Part shown: piece by piece, positions 47,572-58,480 of the stretch | How positions within the stretch are numbered: the stretch's first letter is position 1 | Layout of the letters: each line of letters begins with the position of its first letter | DNA from: an uncultured Clostridia bacterium | GTDB taxonomy: Bacteria; Bacillota; Clostridia; TANB77; CAG-508 | Direction of reading: 5' to 3' | NCBI GenBank assembly: GCA_934183305.1 | Contig: CAKPSF010000004.1 | Span: 2,002-66,001 of the forward strand | Length of the DNA stretch: 64,000 nucleotides | Notes under the pieces: model-generated | Databases searched by the model: none | The model's input: the letters and a program-made list of their open reading frames with translations, nothing else | Told to the model about the DNA's origin: nothing | Position numbers and translations under genes: made by a program

Positions 47572-50337
47572 TTATTCAACAACATTTTTATTTAAAGTAT
47601 TTTGTATTATACTTTTTGTTTTTGTATTATCTTTTTGCATCTTTTCAAGTTGCTCTATTAACTCTCTTAATTTTGATATATCTTTTCCCATCATTTCAAA
47701 ATCATTTGAGGCAGTAGAGTCTTCTAAATTTTTGTTTGCTTCTATAATTGCATTTATTAAATCGTCAATTGTGTCTGTATTTGTAACTTTAATACTAACT
47801 GCTGATTGTGAAAGCAAGTTTTCTAATGCTTCACTAATGTTATCTCCTATTGCTACTTTGCTACCAGATGCAACAACAACTTTTTTAAGTAATGGTATAG
47901 AATTTTTTTCATTTAATTGTTGTTGGAATATTGGCTCTACATATAATAGAGTATTATTAATTGGAACAATAATCATATTCTTTGTTATTTTTGTTCCGGT
48001 TACATTTATGCTCTTTATAGATGCTGATATTGTTTCATCTTGTTCAATTTCTTTATCTAGTTGTTCTGGTCCTAATACATTACTTCCTGAAGCAAATTTA
48101 TATAATTTTAATTTTTGATTTCCGCTTCCATCTGTTACCCCAACCAAATATGAAGTAATGTTCTGTTTGCCATAAACAGTATATGGAAGCACTAATCCAA
48201 CTTTATTTTTATCATCTTCTTTTACCATTGTGTAATATGGTGTAATTTCTGTTTTAGATGAACTTTTTGAATTAGAAGAATATGAAGCATTTCCCCATAT
48301 ATCATCTCCTCTATATAAAACATCAGCTGTCACATTATGATACATTTCTAAAATTTCTGCTTGAACATTGTATAAATATTCCGAATAAACAAAATGATTA
48401 GAAATACTTTTTTCAATCTCTGTTCCATCTTTAAATACTCCTGGATAAGCATGTGAGTATGCCACAGCTATTGGATCTGTTGTGTCCATTATATAAAACT
48501 TAACTGTTCCATCGTATGCATCTACTAATACCTTAATTGAATTCCTTATATAATTAATTTCTTTTTTATAATCTCCGGCTTTTATCATTGTTCTTTGAGA
48601 ATATGGATATTCATCTGAAACAGTATATGCATCAATTACCCACACTTGTTTTCCTAAATCAGAAACTATCATATAAGGATTTTCATCATATAGCAAATTA
48701 GGCATTATTTTTTTAGCCCTTTCTAATACATTTCTATTTGTTATAACTTTACTATCTTCACTTGTATTAGAAAAAGTAATATTTATATCTTTATTCATTA
48801 TACTAAGTATTAGTCTATCTATAAAACTTGTTTTTATACCAGCCTTTCCTTTATATGTATATTCAGTATTAGTAGTTGAAGAAACTGGATAATCATATTC
48901 AGCCTTGCCAGATAAGTTTGTTATTATAGTATTATTAGTTTGCATTCCAAAATAAATTCTTGGCTGAGTAATAGCTATTTTATCATCATTTGCCGCAAAA
49001 CTCTTTTGTACATATTCTATATTTCCTGTGCTATCAACCTTATTTGCATAAGTTATAATGCTTCCATACCCATGAGTATATTCATATGTTTTATTGCTAT
49101 ATGTACTAGCTTCTGTTTGAACATCTATTTCTCTTGGTGAAACATATACTAATGTGTCTTTACCATTAATATTATACATTTGTAATTTAGTTGTTCTATA
49201 TGAATAATATCCAGAGTTAGTTTGTAATGAATTTAAATTTTTTAATGTTGATTGATCATCTATTAGTCTAATATTCTCAATAATATCATTATTATTTTCT
49301 AAATCTTTTTTAGTAATTGCTTCTGCATTTTCTAATTCGACTTCTTCAATATTCAAATTATACGCAAGTTTTGTATAATCAATATTTTTGTTTATATAAT
49401 CTTTTTGTCTATCAAATAAATTATTATTAACAAAAAGTACATTAAATAGTAACATAACAACAAAAACGCCAACTAAATAAGTAGGTACTATACATATGCT
49501 TATTAAAAGTTTTTTAGTTTTCTTTTTATCTAACACATATTTTAATATAAATATCATTGATATACACATTACAAATCCTAAAATTCTATATCCCCACAAT
49601 TTAATTGTAATGTCTGTAATTCCTGCACCAATTAATTTAGTTGATAATGCATTTTTTAATGTTACAAAGTTTTCAAAAACAACATTATATGTATTCAAAA
49701 ATGTTTTGCATGCAATTCCAAATACAATTAGGAAAGCATATACTTTTAGTATTTTTACAAGTTTACTTTTTAATAATAATTCTTTGTCTACTCCATCTAA
49801 AAATACATTAAATGATATTATACAATATGCAATCGTATATATTGCAAGCAAGCAAAACAGAGTAACAAAATAATTTAAAACTAGTTGTATAAATGGTTTT
49901 TGAAAGAAATAGAAACCTATATCTAATCCAAATACTGGGTCATTTACTCCAAACCATGTAGTATTTAAAAATAATACTAATTTATCTAAAAACGCAGATG
50001 TTATAATTACACTTCCAATTGCAGACACTACAAAAGCAATACTCTTATTAGGAAGCTTTGGTATTTGTTTTTTCTCATCTTCAAAAAATGGTTTTAATCC
50101 ATTTTTTATTAGCTTATTATTTATATAAATAATAATATATAAAAGAATAAAACTAAAAACAAACAATTTAACTTTATATTGATTGTTTTGCTCAAAAACT
50201 GATAAATATTCTTCACCAATTTCTAAAGTTTGTAAATAGTTAGCTCTGTATGATATATACAAATAAAGCATAAATAATATAGTAAATAGAACAACTAACA
50301 TTATTTTTATTTTTTTAAACTTCTTACTTTTCTCCAT
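47572..50337 (-). CDS. UPF0182 family large membrane protein.
   Basis: 921 aa. N-terminal polytopic region plus a large extracytoplasmic domain. Confidence 0.55.
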   Translation of the reverse strand: MEKSKKFKKIKIMLVVLFTILFMLYLYISYRANYLQTLEIGEEYLSVFEQNNQYKVKLFVFSFILLYIIIYINNKLIKNGLKPFFEDEKKQIPKLPNKSIAFVVSAIGSVIITSAFLDKLVLFLNTTWFGVNDPVFGLDIGFYFFQKPFIQLVLNYFVTLFCLLAIYTIAYCIISFNVFLDGVDKELLLKSKLVKILKVYAFLIVFGIACKTFLNTYNVVFENFVTLKNALSTKLIGAGITDITIKLWGYRILGFVMCISMIFILKYVLDKKKTKKLLISICIVPTYLVGVFVVMLLFNVLFVNNNLFDRQKDYINKNIDYTKLAYNLNIEEVELENAEAITKKDLENNNDIIENIRLIDDQSTLKNLNSLQTNSGYYSYRTTKLQMYNINGKDTLVYVSPREIDVQTEASTYSNKTYEYTHGYGSIITYANKVDSTGNIEYVQKSFAANDDKIAITQPRIYFGMQTNNTIITNLSGKAEYDYPVSSTTNTEYTYKGKAGIKTSFIDRLILSIMNKDINITFSNTSEDSKVITNRNVLERAKKIMPNLLYDENPYMIVSDLGKQVWVIDAYTVSDEYPYSQRTMIKAGDYKKEINYIRNSIKVLVDAYDGTVKFYIMDTTDPIAVAYSHAYPGVFKDGTEIEKSISNHFVYSEYLYNVQAEILEMYHNVTADVLYRGDDIWGNASYSSNSKSSSKTEITPYYTMVKEDDKNKVGLVLPYTVYGKQNITSYLVGVTDGSGNQKLKLYKFASGSNVLGPEQLDKEIEQDETISASIKSINVTGTKITKNMIIVPINNTLLYVEPIFQQQLNEKNSIPLLKKVVVASGSKVAIGDNISEALENLLSQSAVSIKVTNTDTIDDLINAIIEANKNLEDSTASNDFEMMGKDISKLRELIEQLEKMQKDNTKTKSIIQNTLNKNVVE

Positions 50338-50352
50338 ATTTTCTTCCTTCCA

Positions 50353-51267
50353 TTATATTATTGCGTCTACAAATTCTTTGCTATTGAATACTTCCATGTC
50401 ATCAATTCCTTCTCCAACGCCAATAAATTTAACAGGTATTTTATTTTCGTTTACTATTCCAATAACAACTCCACCTTTTGCAGTTCCGTCTAATTTAGTT
50501 AAAACTAAACCTGTTATTGGTGCTACTTCTTTAAACGCTTTTACTTGAGATATTGCATTTTGTCCTGTTGTTGCATCTATAACTAATAATACCTCTTTAT
50601 CTGCATCTGGCATTTCTTTTTCTATAACTCTTTGTATTTTATATAGCTCGTCCATTAGATATTTCTTATTGTGTAATCTTCCAGCAGTGTCACATATTAA
50701 CACATCTGCATTTTCTTCCTTTGCTTTTTTTATTGAGTCAAATACAACAGAGGCAGGATCTGCTCCTTCTTCTTTTTTTACTATATCGCATCCAACTCTG
50801 TTTGACCATATTTCTAGTTGTTCAACAGCTGCTGCTCTAAATGTATCTGCTGCAGACATAACAACCTTTTTTCCACTTTTCTTTAGGTTGTTTGCAATTT
50901 TTCCAATAGAAGTTGTTTTTCCAACACCATTTACTCCTATAACTAAAAGTACAGATGGCTTAGTGTTAAGCTTCAAATCTTTATCTGCAACATCTAATGT
51001 TTCAATCATTATTTCTCTTAGTTTTTCTTTAACTTCTTCCGCTTCTTTAATATTTTCTTTTTTTACTTTTTCTCTAAGTTTTGAGATAATTTCTAACGAA
51101 GTATCCATTCCTATATCAGACATAATTAATACTTCTTCTAACTCTTCTAGCAAATCTTCGTCAACTTTTCTAAAATTGCTAAACACATCATTAAACTTTT
51201 CATTTATATTACTTTTAGTCTTACCCAAACCAGCTTTCAATTTATCAAAAAAAACCATATTTTTCAC
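50353..51267 (-). CDS. ftsY: Signal recognition particle receptor FtsY.
   Basis: 304 aa. NG domain with GVNGVGKTT, DTAGR and TKLDGTAKGG. Confidence 0.9.
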   Translation of the reverse strand: MKNMVFFDKLKAGLGKTKSNINEKFNDVFSNFRKVDEDLLEELEEVLIMSDIGMDTSLEIISKLREKVKKENIKEAEEVKEKLREIMIETLDVADKDLKLNTKPSVLLVIGVNGVGKTTSIGKIANNLKKSGKKVVMSAADTFRAAAVEQLEIWSNRVGCDIVKKEEGADPASVVFDSIKKAKEENADVLICDTAGRLHNKKYLMDELYKIQRVIEKEMPDADKEVLLVIDATTGQNAISQVKAFKEVAPITGLVLTKLDGTAKGGVVIGIVNENKIPVKFIGVGEGIDDMEVFNSKEFVDAII

Positions 51268-51324
51268 TCCTTAAACATAATATATATTTTAACATAAATC
51301 TAAAAAAAGCACAACCTTTGTTTT

Positions 51325-51367
51325 AGACTTAAAAATAGGTTACACTCTCCAAATAATGTGTAACCTA
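51325..51367 (-). terminator. Rho-independent terminator after the acyltransferase-3 gene.
   Basis: AAAATAGGTTACAC and GTGTAACCTATTTT form a 14-bp stem with a 12-nt loop. Flanked by A/T tracts. Confidence 0.6.
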
Positions 51368-51379
51368 TTTTTTTATTCA

Positions 51380-52495
51380 TTAAAATACACTGTGTGTGTG
51401 TGTGTGTGTGTGTACAGCATCAAGCCTTTCAAGCATCTTCACTATTTCGCTTCTTAAATATTCAATTATGCAACAAACAGCATATATTGCTAGACTCATA
51501 AAAAATGTTATTATTATGTAATATTTTGAATTCCAAAAAGCATTTAAATGTAACCAATTTTGATATAAAAATCTTGAAACAAGCGGGTGTTCATGAACAA
51601 TATATACTGCTAATGTTAGTGGGGCTACTCCTAATATTGTTTTTCTTACATTCTCGTTTTTTATTTTCAAATCCTTAAAAAACATAAATAAACAAATGCT
51701 TTGTAATGTTACAGTTATTGAATTATATTCATAAAATATATCTGATATCCAAATTGCATTACTATTTACCTTTGGTAAAGTAATTTTTAATACAAATATT
51801 AATAATGAACAAACAATATATATTATTAGATAATAAAATTTATTGCATTCATTTTTATAATATCTTCTTATGTAGCCACCTATAAAATATAAATTTATAA
51901 ACCAAATTATTCCATATCCCTTAGTGTTGTCTATAACATCAAATCCAAATCTATTTAATATCCAAGATATAAATGAAATTGTGCATAAAATTCCAATTAA
52001 AAATTGCATTTTTCTTTTATCTGTATATTTAAAAATTAAGTTTAAATATGGTACTAATAAATATAAAATAATATAACAAGTAATAAACCAATATGTCTTA
52101 AAACTTACTGGAAATATGCACTTTAAATACTGTCTAATACTTAAGACATCCTTAGTAATTACAGTATATAAAATAGTAATAACAAGACTATAAGATATTA
52201 CTTGTAAAACAAGGCTATATATTTTTGTTTTTTTGAATTCTGAATCTACCAAAAAATATCCGCTAATTAATACAAAACAATTTACCGCAACAATTGAAAA
52301 TGCTTCTACTAACCATACTAATTTATAATTTAAAGTATTAGCTAAAGAATTATTGAATAATATTCCACCCTTAAGATTAAAATGTAAAAGTAATACCATA
52401 AACATTATTAATATTCTTAACAGTTCAATTCCTTCGCTTCTTGTATTTTTAGTTTTTATCAAAGCTTTTTCATTTACTACTTCTTTAATCTTCAT
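51380..52495 (-). CDS. Acyltransferase family 3 membrane O-acyltransferase.
   Basis: 371 aa polytopic protein. Acyl_transf_3-like N-terminus GIELLRILIMFMVLLLH. C-terminus ...DAVHTHTHTHSVF is encoded by the CA/TG repeat. Confidence 0.7.
   Translation of the reverse strand: MKIKEVVNEKALIKTKNTRSEGIELLRILIMFMVLLLHFNLKGGILFNNSLANTLNYKLVWLVEAFSIVAVNCFVLISGYFLVDSEFKKTKIYSLVLQVISYSLVITILYTVITKDVLSIRQYLKCIFPVSFKTYWFITCYIILYLLVPYLNLIFKYTDKRKMQFLIGILCTISFISWILNRFGFDVIDNTKGYGIIWFINLYFIGGYIRRYYKNECNKFYYLIIYIVCSLLIFVLKITLPKVNSNAIWISDIFYEYNSITVTLQSICLFMFFKDLKIKNENVRKTILGVAPLTLAVYIVHEHPLVSRFLYQNWLHLNAFWNSKYYIIITFFMSLAIYAVCCIIEYLRSEIVKMLERLDAVHTHTHTHSVF
51391..51412. repeat. (TG)11 dinucleotide simple-sequence repeat, which is (CA)11 on the coding strand, at the 3' end of the acyltransferase gene.
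   Basis: Perfect 22-nt TG repeat at 51391-51412, preceded by ACAC. It encodes the HTHTHTH tail. The stop codon is 9 nt downstream. Confidence 0.9.
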
Positions 52496-52497
52496 TA

Positions 52498-53973
52498 TTA
52501 TTGTACTCTTTCTACTAAGGTTATATTATATATATAGTTTTGATATTTTTGTTCGAAATTTTCTGTGCTAATAAATTTAAATTCGTCATTATTAAATAAT
52601 TCATTATAAAATCCATTGTCTTGTGAGTCTATTATCCATACTCTGCCAGTGCAGTATTGTAAAAAGTCTGTTGTTATCCATGTCTCCATTTGTGGTGCCC
52701 AACATTTATACGCTTCTTCAACTCCCCAATTTGCACCATTATAGAAATATTGTTTGTTATTTAAAAAGTTAGATGCAATTATTGAACCATTTCCTATATT
52801 ACTATAAACAATAACATCATCTTTTTGTATATTTTCTTGTAAATATTTTATTTCATCTGTATTGCCTTTTGCATAATTATCTTGAATTTGTATTATATTA
52901 TTTGTAGTTCCTAAAGCAATTGTAATAGTAATAATTAAACCTAATATATATTTATTTTTTGATTTTGCAAGTATATTGCTAAGTACAAATATGTATAAAC
53001 CAGTTATTACAAATAAGTATCTGTAATATAAAATATTGGTTTTAACTAAATATTTTAATAAAAATGCTGCTAGAAAAACAGATACATAAACTAATGTTGC
53101 AAATTTAACTGCTTTATAGTTGTTTTCTTTTTTAGTTTTAAAAAATACTACTGCCAAATAAATAAATAATAAAACATTAACAGTAAATCCTATTGCAAGT
53201 ATACCAGTTGAATTGCGAGTTCCATTCATTTGGCAACCAATTAATTCAAATATAGTATCAGGAAATTCAAATCCAATCCAAAATCCTTTTGAGACATGAG
53301 AAATTTGAGATATTAAGTACATTAACCAAGGTATATACGCAATAACTTGTATAATTCCAAGTACAACAATGCATTTTAATTCTTTAAACTTCTTGTTTTT
53401 AATAAAACTAATAAACAAAAATAAATTAATTAAACCAGCTGCCATTAATCCATAATAGTGTATGTATAAACTTGCTAAGCTAGTTAAAAAGAATATTATC
53501 CAATTCTTAGCAGAAGCATCTCCATTGTATATTCTATATGCATATATTGAAAGCAATGTAACAAATACAATTGCCCAAGAATACATTCTTATTTGGTTAG
53601 CATATACTGCCATCATAGGCAAAAAATATGAGAAGAAAGAAAATAGTAATCCTGTTTTTTCTCCAAAGTCTTTTCTAATATGCGTATAACCCAATAATCC
53701 TAAAACAGCAATTGCTAAAGCTGAAAATATTCTATATGCTAATATTGATCCACCTGTTAATATATTAACAATTCTTAACATCCAATAATATAAAACTGGA
53801 TGTACATCGTGTCCTCCTATTTTCCATATGTCTATAAAGCTTTGATTTGCAATTCCCACTGAATATGCCTCATCAAACCAAAGTGTTGTATGAAATATAC
53901 TTAAAGAAATAAATATAGTTCCTAAAATCATTAGTATAATATGTAATGTTTTAAGTGATATCTTCTTTTTCAT
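52498..53973 (-). CDS. GT-C fold membrane glycosyltransferase (ArnT/PMT/YfhO-like).
   Basis: 491 aa. ~11 TM helices, first-loop acidic motif WFDEAYS, and a C-terminal extracytoplasmic domain. Confidence 0.55.
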   Translation of the reverse strand: MKKKISLKTLHIILMILGTIFISLSIFHTTLWFDEAYSVGIANQSFIDIWKIGGHDVHPVLYYWMLRIVNILTGGSILAYRIFSALAIAVLGLLGYTHIRKDFGEKTGLLFSFFSYFLPMMAVYANQIRMYSWAIVFVTLLSIYAYRIYNGDASAKNWIIFFLTSLASLYIHYYGLMAAGLINLFLFISFIKNKKFKELKCIVVLGIIQVIAYIPWLMYLISQISHVSKGFWIGFEFPDTIFELIGCQMNGTRNSTGILAIGFTVNVLLFIYLAVVFFKTKKENNYKAVKFATLVYVSVFLAAFLLKYLVKTNILYYRYLFVITGLYIFVLSNILAKSKNKYILGLIITITIALGTTNNIIQIQDNYAKGNTDEIKYLQENIQKDDVIVYSNIGNGSIIASNFLNNKQYFYNGANWGVEEAYKCWAPQMETWITTDFLQYCTGRVWIIDSQDNGFYNELFNNDEFKFISTENFEQKYQNYIYNITLVERVQ

Positions 53974-55036
53974 TGTTTTCTCCTTCTTTTATTAATTCTA
54001 TTTTATAATTATTTATTCTTTTTGATAAGAAATTATTAATCCAGTTATATAATTTATTTTCTGCTACGTAATAAATAATGCCAGCTAATATTAAGTCAAT
54101 TATAAATACTATTAAAAATGTTATTATTTCAACTATATATGGATTATTGATTATATTATTGTTTTTAAAAAACAACACAATATATCCACTAAACAAAGTA
54201 TTAACTAACCCATGTGTTACAAATAAAGAATAACTTATCTTTTTTAGTTTTTTTAGTTTATTCCAATTAAAGAATTTTTGAAGTTTTGGCATACAGTATA
54301 TAGTTATCAAAATTAAGCTTGAAGCTATTGAATCTCTTAAATATATTTTTTTAATTTCTTCCCCTCGTGGAAGCCACCATATAAGAGGTATTATAAATAT
54401 TAGATACCAGTGTTTATATAACTTCTTTTCTTTTATATATTCACATAAATGGTAAGTAAATCCTCCTATTACAGTTGCCAGAATCCATATTCTATCCATG
54501 TAATATAGTAATATCATAAATGGTATATATAGAAGCGGAAAATATTTTCTATTTGAAAACAAATATGTTAGTAATGCAACAAAGACATTTCCTAAAAAGA
54601 AGTCTATTATATATTCTAAATGCACATTTATACCATTATTGCCTAGCCATAATGCCCCATTTAAATATGTAGATAAGGAAATTTTTGTTCCCATAATTAA
54701 TCTAATTATAGTATAAATACTACAAGTAACAAAAGCTGGCAACATTAATCTTAAATATCTCGAAAATAAGAATTTTCCAAAATCTACAGCTTTTCTATAA
54801 AACTTTTTTGCTACTAACCATCCACTTATTATACACATCATAGATACAGCATATTTTCCTGTAATTCCATAAAATATATAGTATAACCATGATGTGTTAT
54901 TGTATAAATAATTTCCTAATATGTTCTCATTATAATAATGAGAAAAACACTGATAATTAAAATGTGCAAAAACTATCCAAACAACTGCAATAAATCTTAA
55001 TGTATTTAAAAATTCAAATTGTTTTTTCTTTTCCAT
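53951..55036 (-). CDS. Acyltransferase family 3 membrane O-acyltransferase.
   Basis: 361 aa polytopic protein. Acyl_transf_3-like N-terminus NTLRFIAVVWIVFAHF. Confidence 0.7.
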   Translation of the reverse strand: MEKKKQFEFLNTLRFIAVVWIVFAHFNYQCFSHYYNENILGNYLYNNTSWLYYIFYGITGKYAVSMMCIISGWLVAKKFYRKAVDFGKFLFSRYLRLMLPAFVTCSIYTIIRLIMGTKISLSTYLNGALWLGNNGINVHLEYIIDFFLGNVFVALLTYLFSNRKYFPLLYIPFMILLYYMDRIWILATVIGGFTYHLCEYIKEKKLYKHWYLIFIIPLIWWLPRGEEIKKIYLRDSIASSLILITIYCMPKLQKFFNWNKLKKLKKISYSLFVTHGLVNTLFSGYIVLFFKNNNIINNPYIVEIITFLIVFIIDLILAGIIYYVAENKLYNWINNFLSKRINNYKIELIKEGENNEKEDIT

Positions 55037-55086
55037 TATTACTCCTCTTGGTATATTTAAAAATCGTGTTGTATTATATCATAAGT

Positions 55087-55644
55087 TTAATTATTGTACA
55101 ATTTTCTGTACTTTTCATAATTGTTTATTATTTTTCTTACATACATATTTGTTTCTTTAAAAGGAATATTTTCAATATCTGTTCCATCTTCTTTAATTGT
55201 TCCGTTTGAAATCCATTTTTGAACATTTCCTAATCCGGCATTATATGCAGTAAATGCTAAAATATAGTTCTGATTAAATTTATCTAATAGCGTCCTGAAA
55301 TAGCTTAGTCCTAATAATATATTCTTTTCCGGATTTAATAATGTTTCATTTGTGTATTCAATATTCAACTTTTCTGCTTGTTCTTTTGCTGTATTATCCA
55401 TTAGTTGCATTAATCCAACAGCTCCGCTCTTAGATATTACTTCTTCTTTAAAATTACTTTCTGTTTTTATTATTGCATAAGAAAGCATTGGATCAATATT
55501 TAATTCATTTGAATATTTGGTCACGTATTCTTCATATTTTATAGGATATAAATGTTTTAATATTATATTTTCTATATTAAAAATTTTATAAATAGCTATT
55601 AATATTATGATAATTATTAATAATATAAGTATCTTCTTTTTCAA
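55087..55644 (-). CDS. Lytic transglycosylase (SLT domain).
   Basis: 185 aa. Signal-anchor and SLT motif AIIKTESNF...GAVGLMQLM...AYNAG. Confidence 0.8.
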   Translation of the reverse strand: MKKKILILLIIIIILIAIYKIFNIENIILKHLYPIKYEEYVTKYSNELNIDPMLSYAIIKTESNFKEEVISKSGAVGLMQLMDNTAKEQAEKLNIEYTNETLLNPEKNILLGLSYFRTLLDKFNQNYILAFTAYNAGLGNVQKWISNGTIKEDGTDIENIPFKETNMYVRKIINNYEKYRKLYNN

Positions 55645-55657
55645 AACGCTCTCCTAA

Positions 55658-58363
55658 CTATTTTGTTTCATACCAATTGTTTGCTTCTGATAATTCAACC
55701 TTTAATGGTATTTTTAATTTCATTGCATTTTCCATTGAATTTTTAAGCATTTCTTTCACTTCTTCTTTTTCTTCTACTTTCACTTGTAACAATAGTTCAT
55801 CATGTATTTGTAAAAGAATTTTAGATTCAAGATTTTTTTCTTTTAATTGTTTATAAAGATTAATCATTGCAATTTTCATTATATCTGCTGCCGTTCCTTG
55901 AATTGGAGTATTCATAGCAACTCTTGCTCCAAATTGTCTTACCATAAAGTTATTAGAATTTATCTCTGGAATATATCTTCTTCTATTAAACAATGTTTCT
56001 ACATATCCATTTTCCTTTGCAAATTCTTTTATATTCTCCATAAATTCTTTTATTTTTATATATTTATTTAAATATTGTTCAATATATTCTTTTGCTCTCT
56101 TTCTTCCAATACCCAATTCTTCGCCTAATCCATAGTCACTTATTCCATATACAATTCCAAAGTTTACTGCTTTGGCATCTGTTCTTTGTTTTGCAGTTAC
56201 CTCATCTAGTGGCACATCGAATACTCTTGAAGCGGTTTGTTTATGAATGTCCTCGTTATTATTAAAAGCATTTATCATATTTTCGTCTCCAGTTATATGT
56301 GCCAATACTCTAAGTTCTATTTGAGAATAATCAGCATCAACAAACGTAAAACCTTCTTGAGGTTTAAACACTTTTCTAATTTGTTTTCCCAAATCAAATC
56401 TAGTTGGAATATTTTGTACATTAGGATCACTACTGCTTATTCTTCCTGTTGCAGTAACAGTTTGATGAAAATATGAGTGAATTTTCCCGTCATTTTCATT
56501 TATATACGGAATTAACCCTTCAACATATGTTGAGTTTAATTTTACTACTTGCCTATAATCAAGTATTTTTTCAACAATTTCATGTTCATTTTTTAATTTT
56601 TCTAAAACCTCTACATCTGTTGAATATCCATTTTTATTCTTTTTAATTGCTGGAAGTCTTAGTTTGTCAAATAATATATTTCCTAGTTGTTTTGGCGAAT
56701 TAATATTAAATTCTTCACCAGCTAGTTTGTATATTTCTTTTGTTATTTTTTCTATTTCTGTTTTTAGCGTTTTTCCATAATCTATAAGTTCATTTTTATC
56801 TAAGTATATGCCTTGATATTGCATATCTGCCAATACTTCTACTAAAGGCATTTCTATATTATTAAATAGTTCTAATTGATTTGTTTCTTTTAGTTTTTCT
56901 AAAGTTTTCAAATATACATTGCTAATTACATATGCGTTGATGCATGCTTTGTCAGCATAATCTTCAGCCTCATCTTTAGCTGTATCATCAAATAAATTTA
57001 TTTGTTTTTCTTCTTTATTATTATATTCATTTATATCTAGTTTTAAATAATCTATGGCTAATTTTTCTATATTATATTTATTTTCTATTGGATTTATTAT
57101 ATATGCAGCTATTTCAATATCATAATAAAAGCCTGTTGCATTAATGCCACATTCTTTAAGCAATATATAGTCTATTTTTTGTTTGTATCCAATTTTTTTG
57201 ATATTAATATCTTCAAAAATTCTTTTGAACATTTGTATTTTATTGTTATTTAATGAAATATAATAGCATAGATTTTCCTTAGTATTAAATATACTAATTC
57301 CCTTTATTTTTTGTTTTATTATACTCTTAACTTGGCTTTCTTCTGCTTTATCTATATAATATATAATTTCTTTGTTTTCTTTTATTGTCTTTATTATTTC
57401 TTCTATTTCTTCTTCTTTTGAAATTATTTTTTTATTAAACAAATCTGTATTATCTACAATTTTTTTTTCTTCTTGCATATTAAATCTATCTATAAATCTA
57501 TTAAATCTTAGATATGAAAACAAATTATATACATCTGTTTTATTCCATTCTTTAACCTTTAGGTCTTCTATGCTTTCCTCTATTGGTGCATTTGTGTCAA
57601 TTTCTCCTAGTTTTCTTGAAAGATATGCTAAATCTTTATTATCTAATATCTTTTCTTTTAATTTTCCTTTTATATCAATTAACACCTCATTGTTTTCAAC
57701 TTCATTATATAAATTATCTAAGGTTTTATAATGTCTAATTAAACTTAATGCCGTTTTTTCTCCTACTCCAGGAATTCCAGGAATATTATCTGAAGTATCT
57801 CCCATTAATGCTTTAACTTCTATTAATTCCTTAGGTTCAATTCCATATTCTTCTATTACTCTATTTTTATCGTAATCTTCATTTTCAGTTTTTCCCATTT
57901 TGGTCCTTGGAATTCTTACTGTAATTTTATCACTAGTAAGCTGAAAAGTATCTCTATCCCCTGAAAGTATTGTTACATCTAGGCCTTCTTTTTCGCCTTT
58001 TTTAGCTAATGTTCCAAGGATATCATCTCCTTCATATCCTTCTTTTTCTATTATTTTTATATTCATAGCTTTTAATATATTTTTAATAATAGGCATTTGA
58101 GTAGCAAGCTCATCTGGCATTCCATGACGATTTGCTTTATACCCCTCATACATTTTATGTCTTTGGGTTGGTCCTTTTAAATCAAATGCAACTGCAATAT
58201 ATTCAGGATTTAAATCTTCTTCTATTTTAAATAAAATTGCTAAAAATCCATACACTGCATTTGTATATGTTCCATCTGAAGTCGTAAGCATTTTATTTCC
58301 CATAATTCCATAAAAAGCTCTATTCATTATACTATTTCCATCAATTAAAACTAATCTAGGCAT
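55658..58363 (-). CDS. polA: DNA polymerase I.
   Basis: 901 aa. 5'-3' exonuclease, 3'-5' exonuclease-like and polymerase domains (motifs A, B, C). Confidence 0.95.
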   Translation of the reverse strand: MPRLVLIDGNSIMNRAFYGIMGNKMLTTSDGTYTNAVYGFLAILFKIEEDLNPEYIAVAFDLKGPTQRHKMYEGYKANRHGMPDELATQMPIIKNILKAMNIKIIEKEGYEGDDILGTLAKKGEKEGLDVTILSGDRDTFQLTSDKITVRIPRTKMGKTENEDYDKNRVIEEYGIEPKELIEVKALMGDTSDNIPGIPGVGEKTALSLIRHYKTLDNLYNEVENNEVLIDIKGKLKEKILDNKDLAYLSRKLGEIDTNAPIEESIEDLKVKEWNKTDVYNLFSYLRFNRFIDRFNMQEEKKIVDNTDLFNKKIISKEEEIEEIIKTIKENKEIIYYIDKAEESQVKSIIKQKIKGISIFNTKENLCYYISLNNNKIQMFKRIFEDINIKKIGYKQKIDYILLKECGINATGFYYDIEIAAYIINPIENKYNIEKLAIDYLKLDINEYNNKEEKQINLFDDTAKDEAEDYADKACINAYVISNVYLKTLEKLKETNQLELFNNIEMPLVEVLADMQYQGIYLDKNELIDYGKTLKTEIEKITKEIYKLAGEEFNINSPKQLGNILFDKLRLPAIKKNKNGYSTDVEVLEKLKNEHEIVEKILDYRQVVKLNSTYVEGLIPYINENDGKIHSYFHQTVTATGRISSSDPNVQNIPTRFDLGKQIRKVFKPQEGFTFVDADYSQIELRVLAHITGDENMINAFNNNEDIHKQTASRVFDVPLDEVTAKQRTDAKAVNFGIVYGISDYGLGEELGIGRKRAKEYIEQYLNKYIKIKEFMENIKEFAKENGYVETLFNRRRYIPEINSNNFMVRQFGARVAMNTPIQGTAADIMKIAMINLYKQLKEKNLESKILLQIHDELLLQVKVEEKEEVKEMLKNSMENAMKLKIPLKVELSEANNWYETK

Positions 58364-58435
58364 TACTTTTCTCCTTTTAGTTGTATTGTTTTTCTTAATA
58401 TATCATAATATTAATTTTTTTTCCATATAAATAAA

Positions 58436-58468
58436 TAAAAGATATAGAAAAATCTTCTATATCTTTTA
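58436..58468 (-). terminator. Hairpin terminator downstream of the permease remnant.
   Basis: AAAGATATAGAA and TTCTATATCTTT form a 12-bp stem. Confidence 0.45.
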
Positions 58469-58480
58469 TATTTGTTTTCA

